Counted from the first letter of the stretch, positions 32,557 through 44,630 are shown. The stretch: 64,000 bases of DNA from an uncultured delta proteobacterium (GCA_963755125.1 CAVWIP010000008.1:96001-160000), one strand, 5' to 3'. The notes: generated by a model not told the origin, from the letters alone. Made by a program: numbers and translations.

Positions 32557-33471
32557 ATGAAAAACTCGCGCCTTTTCCATCCCCTGTCGCTTTCGATCTT
32601 CCTGTGCGGCCTGACTGTCCTTGGCGCTTCGGCTGTCCGTGCCGCCGAGTGCCCCGCCACCTCGCCGGATCGGACCGACGAGCGGCGCGCCTTGGCCAAG
32701 GAATGGTTTGCCCGGGCCGAGGCGGCCGAGAACGCCGGCAACGACGTCGAGGCCGTGCGTGACTATGCCTGCTCCATGAAGATGGTGGCCCATGCCTTCA
32801 CCGCGTTCAATCTGGGGCGGGTGGCGGAGCGCTCAGGCGATCTTGAGTTGGCCTTGAAGTCGTACAAGGCCTATCTGACGTTGAAGACCGACGCTCCGGA
32901 CAAGGACGAGGTGCAGGCCAAGATCACGGATCTGCAGACGAAGATCCTGGAGGCCAAAGCGGCCGTCGGCGAGGGCGAGCCAGCGGCCACCGAGACACCC
33001 AAAGCCGAGGAGAAGCCGGAGGTTCCTGCCGAAACAGCCGCAGAACCGCCCCAAGAAAAACCGGAGAAACCGCTCCCCATCGAGCCGCCGCCTGCCGTGG
33101 CCGAGCAGGCCGCCGGGGAAAGTGGTGGCTCCAGCCGCCTCCTGGTGTGGGTGGTCGGAGGTGTGGGCGTCGCGGCCCTCACCACAGGCATCATCACGAA
33201 CATCATCGCGCGTAGTGATATGAACACTTGCAACAGCAAAGCCGACGGCGGCTACCTGGCGCAGGCCCTATCCGCTTGCAACAGCGCGAAGCCGGCTGCG
33301 TACACCTCGTATGCCATGTTCGGGGTCGCCGGCGCCGCGGCCGTTGCCGAGGGCGTGCTGCTCTATCGGGTCTGGGCGAAGAGCGGCGGCGGGGACAGCT
33401 CGGATGACACCTCGGTGAGTCTGGGCTGGTTGCCGGGTGGCCTGAGCCTGAGCGCGCGCGGGCGTTTCTAA
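32557..33471 (+). CDS. Exported TPR-containing protein
   Basis: Signal peptide, TPR-like AFNLGRVAERSGDLELALKSYKAYL, Pro/Glu linker, Gly-rich hydrophobic hairpin ending GRF. Confidence 0.75.
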   Translation: MKNSRLFHPLSLSIFLCGLTVLGASAVRAAECPATSPDRTDERRALAKEWFARAEAAENAGNDVEAVRDYACSMKMVAHAFTAFNLGRVAERSGDLELALKSYKAYLTLKTDAPDKDEVQAKITDLQTKILEAKAAVGEGEPAATETPKAEEKPEVPAETAAEPPQEKPEKPLPIEPPPAVAEQAAGESGGSSRLLVWVVGGVGVAALTTGIITNIIARSDMNTCNSKADGGYLAQALSACNSAKPAAYTSYAMFGVAGAAAVAEGVLLYRVWAKSGGGDSSDDTSVSLGWLPGGLSLSARGRF

Positions 33472-33496
33472 CAGTCTCTCGCGGCTGCGGCTTGGC

Positions 33497-34234
33497 GTGG
33501 GGATCTATGTGGATGGCCTGCGCTCCGTTGAGGACACAGGGGTGAGAGGAGAGAACGCAGAAGGGGCGGCTGGCGCGGCGATCGCTGAGCGGGAGCGGCT
33601 GCTGGCGCACGCGCGTGCCTTGGTGGGCGTGACCTTGGCCGAGCTGGCCGATGGGTTGGGCTTGCCTGTGCCCGTCGGCCGGGTGCGCAGCAAGGGCTGG
33701 TCAGGGCAAATCGTCGAGCGCGAACTGGGCGCGGGCGATGGTCCGGGTCGCGGTCAGGACTTCGCGGCGCTGGGCATCGAGCTGAAGACCGTGCCGGTGG
33801 ATCGCGATCTGGTCCCGCGCGAGTCGACCGCCGTGTGCCAGATCGATCCCATCGCGATCGCCGGCGAATCCTGGGAAACTAGCTATCTGCGCGAAAAACT
33901 GAGCCAGGTATTGTGGGTGGGGCTGGAGGTTCCCGCGGGAGAGGGTTCGGTTGGCGATCGCCGGGTGGTGGCGGTCAGGTTGTGGACGCCCTCGCCGGAA
34001 GAGCAAGCCCTGCTGCGCGCGGATTTCGAGCTGTTCGTGCGCGCGTACTTCCGGCGCGGCCAGGGCGCCGCGATCACTGGCCACCAGGGGCAAGTCTTGC
34101 AAGTCCGCCCCAAGGGTCGCAATGCCGCCGACCTGCGCCGGGCCTTTGGCCCTACTGGCCAGCCCACCGAGATCGGCAAGTGCGGCTTCTATCTGCGGCC
34201 CGGATTCGTGGCGCGCGTCCTGCGCGGCAAATGA
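33497..34234 (+). CDS. mutH: MutH/Sau3AI-family endonuclease (start uncertain)
   Basis: KGWSGQIVE, QDFAALGIELKTVPVD, LQVRPKG, GFYLR align with MutH motifs. Confidence 0.85.
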   Translation: MGIYVDGLRSVEDTGVRGENAEGAAGAAIAERERLLAHARALVGVTLAELADGLGLPVPVGRVRSKGWSGQIVERELGAGDGPGRGQDFAALGIELKTVPVDRDLVPRESTAVCQIDPIAIAGESWETSYLREKLSQVLWVGLEVPAGEGSVGDRRVVAVRLWTPSPEEQALLRADFELFVRAYFRRGQGAAITGHQGQVLQVRPKGRNAADLRRAFGPTGQPTEIGKCGFYLRPGFVARVLRGK

Positions 34235-34305
34235 CGCTCGCCTAGCCTGGCCGCCGGACGTATGCTCGGCCGCGCCGAGTCTGAAAGCCCCAAGGGAGTG
34301 CAATC

Positions 34306-35868
<1,563 letters not shown>

Positions 35869-35876
35869 CCAGCGAG

Positions 35877-35923
35877 CGTGGCCGTGGCCGACGGTGCTCA
35901 CCCCGGCCATGGCCACGGCCACG
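35877..35923. terminator. Hexamer-based 13-bp inverted repeat between convergent genes
   Basis: CGTGGCCGTGGCC (35877-35889) and GGCCACGGCCACG (35911-35923); no U-tract. Confidence 0.45.
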
Positions 35924-35965
35924 TCTACGGCCACCACCACCTTTCGTTGCCTTGCTGAATGAGCA

Positions 35966-36817
35966 TCATCGCGCTGGAAAGGAGCCATTGCTGTACACCG
36001 TGCTCGGTTTTCCTGCAGCCACGATGAATCCCACCAACTGCCCGGTCAGCCGACCGGAGCGGCGAAAGGAATAGAAGCGGCCGGCCGGATCGCAGTACGT
36101 GCAGTCTGAGCTGGCGTCGATGTGCTCGGGCAAAACGCCGGCCGCCTGGAACTGCAGACGCAAGCACTGGCGCAGATCGATGCGCGCCTGGAAGCCCTCC
36201 GTCTCCAGCACCACGCCCGCCGCGTGCGCGCCGGGCCAGGCGGCCTCGAAGGCCGCCACGACTTCAGCTCCCACGTCGAAGCAACAGGGGCCGATGCAGG
36301 GACCGAGGGCAACCCGCAGATCCTCGGGACGGCAGCCAAAGACCTCGGCCAGAGTCGCGACGCCCGCGGTCGCCACGCCTGCCACGGTCCCGCGCCAGCC
36401 GGCGTGCAGCGCCGCACACGCTCCGGTGCGCGGATCGGCAATCAGCGCCGGCACGCAGTCGGCCACGTGCACCGACAGGCCGAGGCCCGTCCCATCGCTG
36501 CACAGCCCATCGGCCTGTTCGGCTTTCACCGCTTCGCCATCGTCGCCGGCGGCCACCCGCACCACGCGCGTCCCGTGCACCTGCGAGACGGCATACATCG
36601 CGCGTGCCCCCGAGGCGACCAGGAGACGACGCCGATTCTCCGCCACGTTCTCGGGTGAATCACCCCATTTGCTGCCCAGGTTCAGGCTCGCGTAGGGCGC
36701 CGCACTGACCCCGCCTGCGCGCGTGCTGAAGCCGTGGCGAAACGGCGCAGGGATGGTGGCGGATACCAGCAGCGGGATGGAAGCGCCGCCATCAACAGGA
36801 AAACCCCTGGTCTCCAC
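35966..36817 (-). CDS. pgeF: Peptidoglycan editing factor PgeF/YfiH (laccase-like nucleoside enzyme)
   Basis: FSTRAGGVS, SLNLG, QVHG, ADCVP, HAGWRG, GPCIGPCC, FYSFRR; RBS AAGGGAGG. Confidence 0.93.
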   Translation of the reverse strand: METRGFPVDGGASIPLLVSATIPAPFRHGFSTRAGGVSAAPYASLNLGSKWGDSPENVAENRRRLLVASGARAMYAVSQVHGTRVVRVAAGDDGEAVKAEQADGLCSDGTGLGLSVHVADCVPALIADPRTGACAALHAGWRGTVAGVATAGVATLAEVFGCRPEDLRVALGPCIGPCCFDVGAEVVAAFEAAWPGAHAAGVVLETEGFQARIDLRQCLRLQFQAAGVLPEHIDASSDCTYCDPAGRFYSFRRSGRLTGQLVGFIVAAGKPSTVYSNGSFPAR

Positions 36818-36818
36818 G

Positions 36819-37841
36819 TCAACCTCCCTTCCGCGATGGGGAGCGAACCCGCGCGTCGGCTCTGGACTGGTCCTCGGCCGCCAGCGCGCGCAGGCTGGCC
36901 AAAGCCGCCGAAAAATCCGCAGGCGGCTCGGACTGGAACTCCAGCCACGCCCCGGTTTTGGGATGGAAGAAGCCGAGCACGCGTGCATGCAACGCCTGCC
37001 GCCCCAGGGTACGCGCGATCTCCCGCACCGCTGCGTCGCGCGGCGATCGGCCATAGGTTGCGTCGCCCAGGATGGGACAGCCGAGCGCCGCAAAGTGCAC
37101 CCGCACCTGGTGCGTGCGCCCGGTTTCCAATTCGGCCTGCAAACGCGCGGCCCGGCCCAGATCCTCGACCAGCCGCCAGTTGGTAACGGCGCGCCGGCCG
37201 GTCTTGACCCGCGTGGTGAAGCGCTTGCGGTCGTGGGGATCGCGACCGTGCAGGGTATCGATCTTTCCCGCCGCGCGCGGTGGCCGGCCCACCACCAATG
37301 CGTCGTACGCGCGCCTGACCCGGTGGATCTTGAAGTCGGCGCCCAGCGCCGCCATGGTCGCGTCGTCCTTGGCCACCACCAGCAGGCCCGAGGTGTCCTT
37401 GTCCAGGCGGTGCACGATCCCGGGACGCAGCTCGCCGCCGATCCCGCGCAGATCCCGACAATGGGCCAGCAGCGCGTTCACCAGAGTTCCGTCCTCGTGC
37501 CCGGCAGCAGGGTGAACCACCAACCCCGGCGGCTTGTCGAGTACCAGCAGCGATGCGTCCTCGTACACGACCTGCAAGGGGATGGCCTGCGCGCACAGTT
37601 CCAAGCTCGGGCGCGGATCGGCCGGCGTCCACACGATGACTTCTCCGGCCCGCAGCTTGCGCGAGGGCGCCGCCAACTTGCCGTTGACCGTGACCGCTCC
37701 TTCCGACACATGGCGGGTAAATTGCGTACGGGAAACCTCGGGAAACTGGGCCGCCAGCACCAGATCCAGTCGCCCTCCGGCCGCGCCCGCCTCCACCACG
37801 AAGGTGTGCGGTCGTGAACTTGCGGGAGAACCGGCACTCAC
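36819..37841 (-). CDS. rluD: RluA/RluD-family 23S rRNA pseudouridine synthase
   Basis: S4-like N-terminus, KPPGLVVHP, HRLDKDTSG, TGRTHQVRVH, QALHA. Confidence 0.93.
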   Translation of the reverse strand: MSAGSPASSRPHTFVVEAGAAGGRLDLVLAAQFPEVSRTQFTRHVSEGAVTVNGKLAAPSRKLRAGEVIVWTPADPRPSLELCAQAIPLQVVYEDASLLVLDKPPGLVVHPAAGHEDGTLVNALLAHCRDLRGIGGELRPGIVHRLDKDTSGLLVVAKDDATMAALGADFKIHRVRRAYDALVVGRPPRAAGKIDTLHGRDPHDRKRFTTRVKTGRRAVTNWRLVEDLGRAARLQAELETGRTHQVRVHFAALGCPILGDATYGRSPRDAAVREIARTLGRQALHARVLGFFHPKTGAWLEFQSEPPADFSAALASLRALAAEDQSRADARVRSPSRKGG

Positions 37842-38107
37842 CAGATTTTCGACTTGATGTTCTGACCGCGCTGCTTGAGCAAGATATCCACCAGCGCGCG
37901 ATCATAGAGATTGCTGGCCGCAATCTCAGGCGTCACGCGCGACTTGAAGTGCGCGCGGCCCTCCTCAATCTCGTCTTTCATCAGGTCGAAAAGCGTGTCG
38001 GCCTGGATGCCCTGGGCCAGCTTGGCCTCGTTGTACATCGCCAGATCGGAGGCGATGGCCCGGGCAAACTGGCGCGCGCGTTCTGCCTTGTCGATGAGAG
38101 GCGGCAT
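37838..38107 (-). CDS. Small conserved hypothetical protein
   Basis: ARQFARAIASDLAMYN...EIEEGR; typical codon bias; GTGA overlap with rluD. Confidence 0.8.
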   Translation of the reverse strand: MPPLIDKAERARQFARAIASDLAMYNEAKLAQGIQADTLFDLMKDEIEEGRAHFKSRVTPEIAASNLYDRALVDILLKQRGQNIKSKIW

Positions 38108-38188
38108 CCCCCTAATTTAGCCGATTTCTGGACAACGCGCGAATCAGCTTTGCTGGCGCCGGCTTCCGTCACTAGACTGGCCTTGCCC

Positions 38189-38677
38189 ATGTTCCCAACC
38201 ACGACACGATCTGCGAACCCACCCCGTCTCGCTGCTGCATCTCTCGCCTGGCTGGTCCTGGCCGGCACCACGGTCCTGGCCGCGGATGAAGCCTTTGAGG
38301 TCAAGCCCGGTCAGGTCAAGGCAACCCTGGGCGAAAAAGCCACCGCCAGCGTGACCATTGCGACCAAGAAGGATTGGCACCTCAACGCCGAGGCGCCGCT
38401 CACCCTGAAGCTGACGCCCGATCCGGACATCACGGTCGAGAAGCCGCGCCTGGTGCGGGCTGACCTGGCAGCCAGCACCGATTCCACTGCTCGCTTCGAC
38501 GTAGCCCTGGTCGCCAGCAAAGAGGGACATGGCGAGGTGAAGGCCGAAGCCGGCTTCGTCATCTGCCAGGAAACCATCTGCCGTCCGATCAAGGAGAAGG
38601 TGGTCATCAGTGTCGAGACGAGCGCACCCGGTGCGCCTCGGCCTGTGAAGAAACCGCCGCAATCCCGTATGAAGTGA
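38189..38677 (+). CDS. Exported protein, DsbD N-terminal-domain-like
   Basis: Signal peptide, WHLNAEAP, C-terminal CQETIC. Confidence 0.65.
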   Translation: MFPTTTRSANPPRLAAASLAWLVLAGTTVLAADEAFEVKPGQVKATLGEKATASVTIATKKDWHLNAEAPLTLKLTPDPDITVEKPRLVRADLAASTDSTARFDVALVASKEGHGEVKAEAGFVICQETICRPIKEKVVISVETSAPGAPRPVKKPPQSRMK

Positions 38678-38685
38678 GCCGGGGC

Positions 38686-38919
38686 TTCTAGCCCGCCTTA
38701 TTCATCATCCATCTGTACCCAACCAGAACTGCGAGGCGGGCTAGACAAGCGTGCGGAGCCTGCCGGCTTTGCCGGCAGCGCAGCATCGCGGGAGGGCATG
38801 AGAACCCTCCCAGGGTTCCCATCGACAAGGTCTAGCCCGCCGCCCTTCCATGAATCCGAGACAGTCTGTTTGCGAACGCCCGTCGGTGCCCCAATCCTCG
38901 TGAATCATGCGGGCTAGAA
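38686..38919. repeat. Nested inverted-repeat structure with four TCTAGCCCGC/GCGGGCTAGA units
   Basis: Units start at 38687, 38736, 38831 and 38909 in alternating orientation; outer 19-bp IR matches 17/19. Confidence 0.75.
38749..38822 (+). repeat. Palindromic dispersed element, copy 4
   Basis: GCGTGCGGAGCC-TGCCGGC-TTT-GCCGGCA-GCGCAGCATCGCGGGAGGGCATGA-GAACCCT-CCC-AGGGTTC-CCAT, flanked by GACAAG direct repeats. Confidence 0.9.
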
Positions 38920-39180
38920 AGTACCGGGCCTGTGAGCGATGCCCAACTCGGACGCCGCAACGGCGAAACGAACGTCGGCGGTCCAGATCTGGTGACGTTG
39001 CAGGATCGCGGAGGCGAGAAGGTGCGCATCGATCCACCCGAGACCTCGGCTAGAAAGGCGGCGCGAACGCACAAAAGTGACGACTTCATGATGGGCAACT
39101 GTGTCCGCTTGCTGCATCTGCGCGTAGGCCGCGAGAAGTTTGCTACGACCTCCGATGTCACCAACGAGAAGTTCGCCGAA
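38914..39180 (-). pseudogene. VapC/PIN-domain toxin fragment lacking N-terminus
   Basis: FGELLVGD...RGLGWIDAHLLASA...IWTADVRF; no first-Asp DTS motif and no antitoxin. Confidence 0.8.
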
Positions 39181-39205
39181 GCCGATGCCCAGACCGCCCG
39201 CGTCT

Positions 39206-40600
39206 TCATTCCCGATTGAACGACTCCCGGAGGATGCGTTCAACCCGTCGAGACAGGCCGCGCTCCACGCTTCCCACCACCACGGCTGCCATTCGCTCGG
39301 GCCGCAACACACGGCGAGCCACTTGGCGAATCTGTTCCACGCTGACGGCAGCCACGCGGAGGTAGCGTTCGGCTGGGCTGCGCGGGCGCGAGAAGAACAG
39401 CGCCGAACCCCCGAACCAACTACAAAGACCTTCCAGATCGTCAAAGCCGGCCTCCACGTCGCGCGCGTAGCGACGCTTGGCCTTGTCCAGTTCCTCCTGC
39501 GAAACCAGCGTCGTGCGCAACTCGGACAGCAAGACCATGACTTCGCTCGCCAACTGAGGCAGTTTCTCCGGCAGACAGGCAGAGTCGATCTCCACCAGAG
39601 AGGTATCGTAAAGAGGATCGAGTGCGGCGCTGACGTGGTAGGCGAGGCCCTTCTGGTCGCAAACCCGATAGTGCAAGCGCGTGGACATGCCGTCGTCCAG
39701 CACGCGCAACAAGACGTTGAGCGCGGCGTATCCCGGATCCCGATCGGCAAGCGCATGAAACAGGACCTGGATCTCAGCCTGTGCCGAATCGCTGCGCACC
39801 GTCCGGAAGCGTGGTCCATTCACCCGCACGGGCGGCGGCATAGGCTGCAGCCGCCGCCCAGAAGGCAGACCGCCGAAAGCCCTGCTGACCATCTTCAGCA
39901 CTGCCGCAGGCCGCACCGGCCCGGCCACGCACAGGACCATGTTGCGCGCGCCATACAGGCGCCGGAAATGCCGGACCACGTCGGCGCGCGAGAAGCGCCG
40001 GATGTTGCGCTCCGGCCCGGTGATGGAAAAGCCCAGCGGATGACCCGACCAGAGGGCCTCGCGCGCCAGATCGTCGGTGTTGATGTGCCGGCCTCGGTCG
40101 TCGAAATCGTCGAGGATCTCCTCGAGTACGATGGCGCGTTCGAGGTCGAGATCCGAAAAGCATGGCGCCAAGAAGAGATCGCCAAGAATATCGAGCGCGC
40201 CTCCGAGGTCGCGTGGCTGCAGCGTGACCTGATACAGGGAGTAGTCGCGTCCCGTCTCTCCGATCAGCATCCCGCACCGTTCCTCGATGGCGCGGTTGAG
40301 CGAGAACGAGTTGGGGTAGCGCGCGCAGCCACGAAACAGCATGTGTTCCACGAAGTGCGAAAGCCCGTTCGTGTGCGCCCCCTCGTGGCGTGAGCCGGCA
40401 CGCACGTACAGAGCCACGACCGCTCCGTGCAGGTGGGGCGCCTCGACGATACACACGCGCAACCCGTTGGCCAGGCGGTGCTGCGACACGCGCCCGGGGA
40501 AAGTGAGATGATCGACGGCGGGCCGTCGCTGGCGCAAATCACGGTGGGACAAGTTGGTCAGAATAGCGCGGAATTGAAGCGAAAGATCGGCTAGAAGCAC
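39206..40600 (-). CDS. M16 (pitrilysin) family zinc peptidase (start uncertain)
   Basis: GLSHFVEHMLFRG (HxxEH), ERAIVLEE, STRLHYRV..KGLAY. Confidence 0.92.
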   Translation of the reverse strand: MLLADLSLQFRAILTNLSHRDLRQRRPAVDHLTFPGRVSQHRLANGLRVCIVEAPHLHGAVVALYVRAGSRHEGAHTNGLSHFVEHMLFRGCARYPNSFSLNRAIEERCGMLIGETGRDYSLYQVTLQPRDLGGALDILGDLFLAPCFSDLDLERAIVLEEILDDFDDRGRHINTDDLAREALWSGHPLGFSITGPERNIRRFSRADVVRHFRRLYGARNMVLCVAGPVRPAAVLKMVSRAFGGLPSGRRLQPMPPPVRVNGPRFRTVRSDSAQAEIQVLFHALADRDPGYAALNVLLRVLDDGMSTRLHYRVCDQKGLAYHVSAALDPLYDTSLVEIDSACLPEKLPQLASEVMVLLSELRTTLVSQEELDKAKRRYARDVEAGFDDLEGLCSWFGGSALFFSRPRSPAERYLRVAAVSVEQIRQVARRVLRPERMAAVVVGSVERGLSRRVERILRESFNRE

Positions 40601-40605
40601 GGTGG

Positions 40606-41433
40606 ATGAATGCAGCAGATTCGACCATTCGCCTGGTGGTCAACGCCGACGGGTTCGCTGGGGACGCCGCCATCACGCGCGGAACTCTGCGCGCGCACCG
40701 GGAAGGCATCGTCACCAGCGCCTCGGTGATCGGCAACTGCGCCGAGCCCGAGGCCGTCCGGGCCGAGTTGGCCACGGTTCCGGCCCTGGGGATTGGCGTT
40801 CACCTGACCCTGACCGGCGGCGCTCCTGTCGCGCAGCCATCTACCGTCCGCTCACTGCTCGGTCCCGACGAGCATTTCCCGTCCGAGGTGCGAGAGGTCT
40901 TCCTCTCGTGGGCCAAGGCTGCGCCCCGCAGCGACGAGATCGAACGCGAATTCGAGGCTCAGGTGGCGCGCCTGCGCGACGCGGGCCTGGTCATCGACCA
41001 CCTTTCCACTTGTCATGACGTAGGCTTTCTGCCCGTGGTGGGTCGCGCGGTCGAAGCAGTGGCGCGCCGGCACGGCATCGCCGGCGTGCGCACGGCGGTG
41101 GAACGTCCGACCCTGGCATGGTTCACCGAAATTCGGCGCAGCCTAACCACCGCTGCCCTGTGCAGCCTGGCCTGGTTCAACCGACGACAGATGGGAATTC
41201 TGCGCCACGGGCCGAGAACCTGGGGCTACTTTGAAAGTGGGCGGCTAGACGAAATCCGGATTCTGGAAATCCTCGGCCGCCTGGGCCCCGGCATCCACGA
41301 GCTGATGTGCGCGCCCCGCGAAAGTGACGATGCCGTCGAACGCGGCGAGCTGGCCGCGCTGCTGTCGGCTCGCGTGCGCGACGGACTTACACGCCGGGGC
41401 ATTGCCCTGTGCAGATGGGCCGATCTCTTCTGA
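40606..41433 (+). CDS. ChbG/HpnK/YdjC-family deacetylase homologue with degenerate active site
   Basis: LVVNADGF, GIVTSAS, GVHLTL, E.EAQV, ELMC. Confidence 0.85.
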   Translation: MNAADSTIRLVVNADGFAGDAAITRGTLRAHREGIVTSASVIGNCAEPEAVRAELATVPALGIGVHLTLTGGAPVAQPSTVRSLLGPDEHFPSEVREVFLSWAKAAPRSDEIEREFEAQVARLRDAGLVIDHLSTCHDVGFLPVVGRAVEAVARRHGIAGVRTAVERPTLAWFTEIRRSLTTAALCSLAWFNRRQMGILRHGPRTWGYFESGRLDEIRILEILGRLGPGIHELMCAPRESDDAVERGELAALLSARVRDGLTRRGIALCRWADLF

Positions 41434-41542
41434 CCCTTTCCCATCCGGCTCTGTGGCTGGTGAGATCCGGATCGTTCAGTTTCTCGCGCAAGACTCTCGC
41501 GTCCGAGACGCGGTGAACGCATAATCAGGTTTGCTTCCCGCC

Positions 41543-42265
41543 ATGAACGATCTCCGCTCGACGCAGCAGTACTACGATCGCTTCGCGATGACCTACGAAC
41601 GCGAGCGCCACCGGGGCTATCACCGCCTGATCGACGATTTGGAACTCGAGTTGGTGCGCCGCTACGGCACGGGGCTCGACGTCCTGGAAGCAGGCTGCGG
41701 CACCGGTCTCCTGCTGGCCGAAACCGCTCGCGTGGCCCGCTCGGCCACTGGGCTCGATCTGTCCCGCAGCATGCTGGGGCTGGCCCAGCATCGCCGCTTG
41801 GCCGTGGTACAAGGCTCGCTGACTGCGCTGCCCTTGCCCGACCGGGCGGTGGATCTGGTCTACAGCATGAAGGTGCTGGCGCACGTGCCGCCCATCCGCG
41901 AGGCTTTGGCTGAGTTGGCCCGGGTGGTGCGCCCCGGGGGCCACCTCTTGCTGGAGTTCTACAACCCCTACTCTCTGCGCTACCTGGCCAAGTTGATGGG
42001 GGGAGCAGCGCCCATCGCCGAGGGAACCACCGACCGCGACGTCTACACCCGCTATGACACACTGGAAACCGCGCGCAGCTACCTGCCCGACTGCGTGGAG
42101 TTCGTCGGCGTGCGCGGCGTGCGCGTGGTCACTCCCATGTCCCAGGTTTTTCGCGTTCCCGCCCTGGCCGCGCTCTTCGAGCGAGCCGAACGCGCGGTCT
42201 GCGATTGGCCTAGCCTACGCAGCTTCGGCGGTTTTCTCGTTGTCATCGCACGCAAGAAGAACTGA
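41543..42265 (+). CDS. Class I SAM-dependent methyltransferase
   Basis: VLEAGCGTG, GLDLSRSML, RVVRPGG. Confidence 0.9.
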   Translation: MNDLRSTQQYYDRFAMTYERERHRGYHRLIDDLELELVRRYGTGLDVLEAGCGTGLLLAETARVARSATGLDLSRSMLGLAQHRRLAVVQGSLTALPLPDRAVDLVYSMKVLAHVPPIREALAELARVVRPGGHLLLEFYNPYSLRYLAKLMGGAAPIAEGTTDRDVYTRYDTLETARSYLPDCVEFVGVRGVRVVTPMSQVFRVPALAALFERAERAVCDWPSLRSFGGFLVVIARKKN

Positions 42266-42269
42266 GATC

Positions 42270-43706
<1,437 letters not shown>

Positions 43707-43715
43707 CTGTCCCCG

Positions 43716-44630
43716 ATGTCCCAACCGACCGCACGCCCAACCCGAACCCGCCGACGCCCTGGCCCGGTGGTCGCCATCGGCGTGCTGTTGCTGGCACTCT
43801 CGACCATCGCCCTGCTCTGCCAGTCCCGGGCCAACGCCCTTCACGACCGCTGGCCACCCGAGGCCGACACGTTCTACTTGCCGCCATCGAGGATCCTCAA
43901 ACTCGCCAGCCTGGGCCACAGCGAACTGGCGGCGGACCTGATCCATTCGCGAGCCAACGTCTATTTTGGCACCCAACTTCACGCGCACTTGCCCACCAAG
44001 TGGCTCGCCCAATATTTGCACACGGCCATCGACCTCGATCCCCAGTTCCGCCGGCTGTATCTGTCCGGGGCTGCCATGCTCATCTACAACGGCCAACACA
44101 TCGTCCCCGACATGGTGCTGGCGGCAGACACCGTGCTCGAACGTGGTCGGCGAGCCTTTCCTTTCGACTGGGAGATCCCTTTCCAGCTCGGATTCAACCT
44201 GCTCTACGAGTTGCCCAGCGACGCGAGTCCGGACGATCCCCGCATCCCCGGCTGGCGTCAGCAGGGCGTCGAAATCCTGCGTCAGGCCGCGCTCTACGAG
44301 GGTGTCCCCTACTTCGTCCCCACTTTGGTGGCCGGCATGCTGACCAAGCAAGGAAGCCAGGACTTGGCGGTTCGCCATCTCGAACAGGCCTACGCCGTGG
44401 CCGCCAGCGAAGAGGCACGCACACAGATTCGCTCCAAGCTGGCTCAACTTCAGGGCAACCAGATCGCCGAAGGCCTCGCCGAAAAGCAACGCGAGTTCCA
44501 AGCCCTTGTCGACAGCCGATATCCCGATCTTCCCGAGGCGTTTTCCCTCATCATCGGGCCAAGAATCACATCCAACGGCGCCTTGACGGCAGCGGTACCG
44601 TCCACCACCCAGAGCAGAAAAGGCCCCTAG
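43716..44630 (+). CDS. Membrane-anchored helical/TPR-like hypothetical protein
   Basis: N-terminal TM helix, LAADL, DLDPQF, FPFDWEIPFQLGF; coupled to flanking genes. Confidence 0.7.
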   Translation: MSQPTARPTRTRRRPGPVVAIGVLLLALSTIALLCQSRANALHDRWPPEADTFYLPPSRILKLASLGHSELAADLIHSRANVYFGTQLHAHLPTKWLAQYLHTAIDLDPQFRRLYLSGAAMLIYNGQHIVPDMVLAADTVLERGRRAFPFDWEIPFQLGFNLLYELPSDASPDDPRIPGWRQQGVEILRQAALYEGVPYFVPTLVAGMLTKQGSQDLAVRHLEQAYAVAASEEARTQIRSKLAQLQGNQIAEGLAEKQREFQALVDSRYPDLPEAFSLIIGPRITSNGALTAAVPSTTQSRKGP

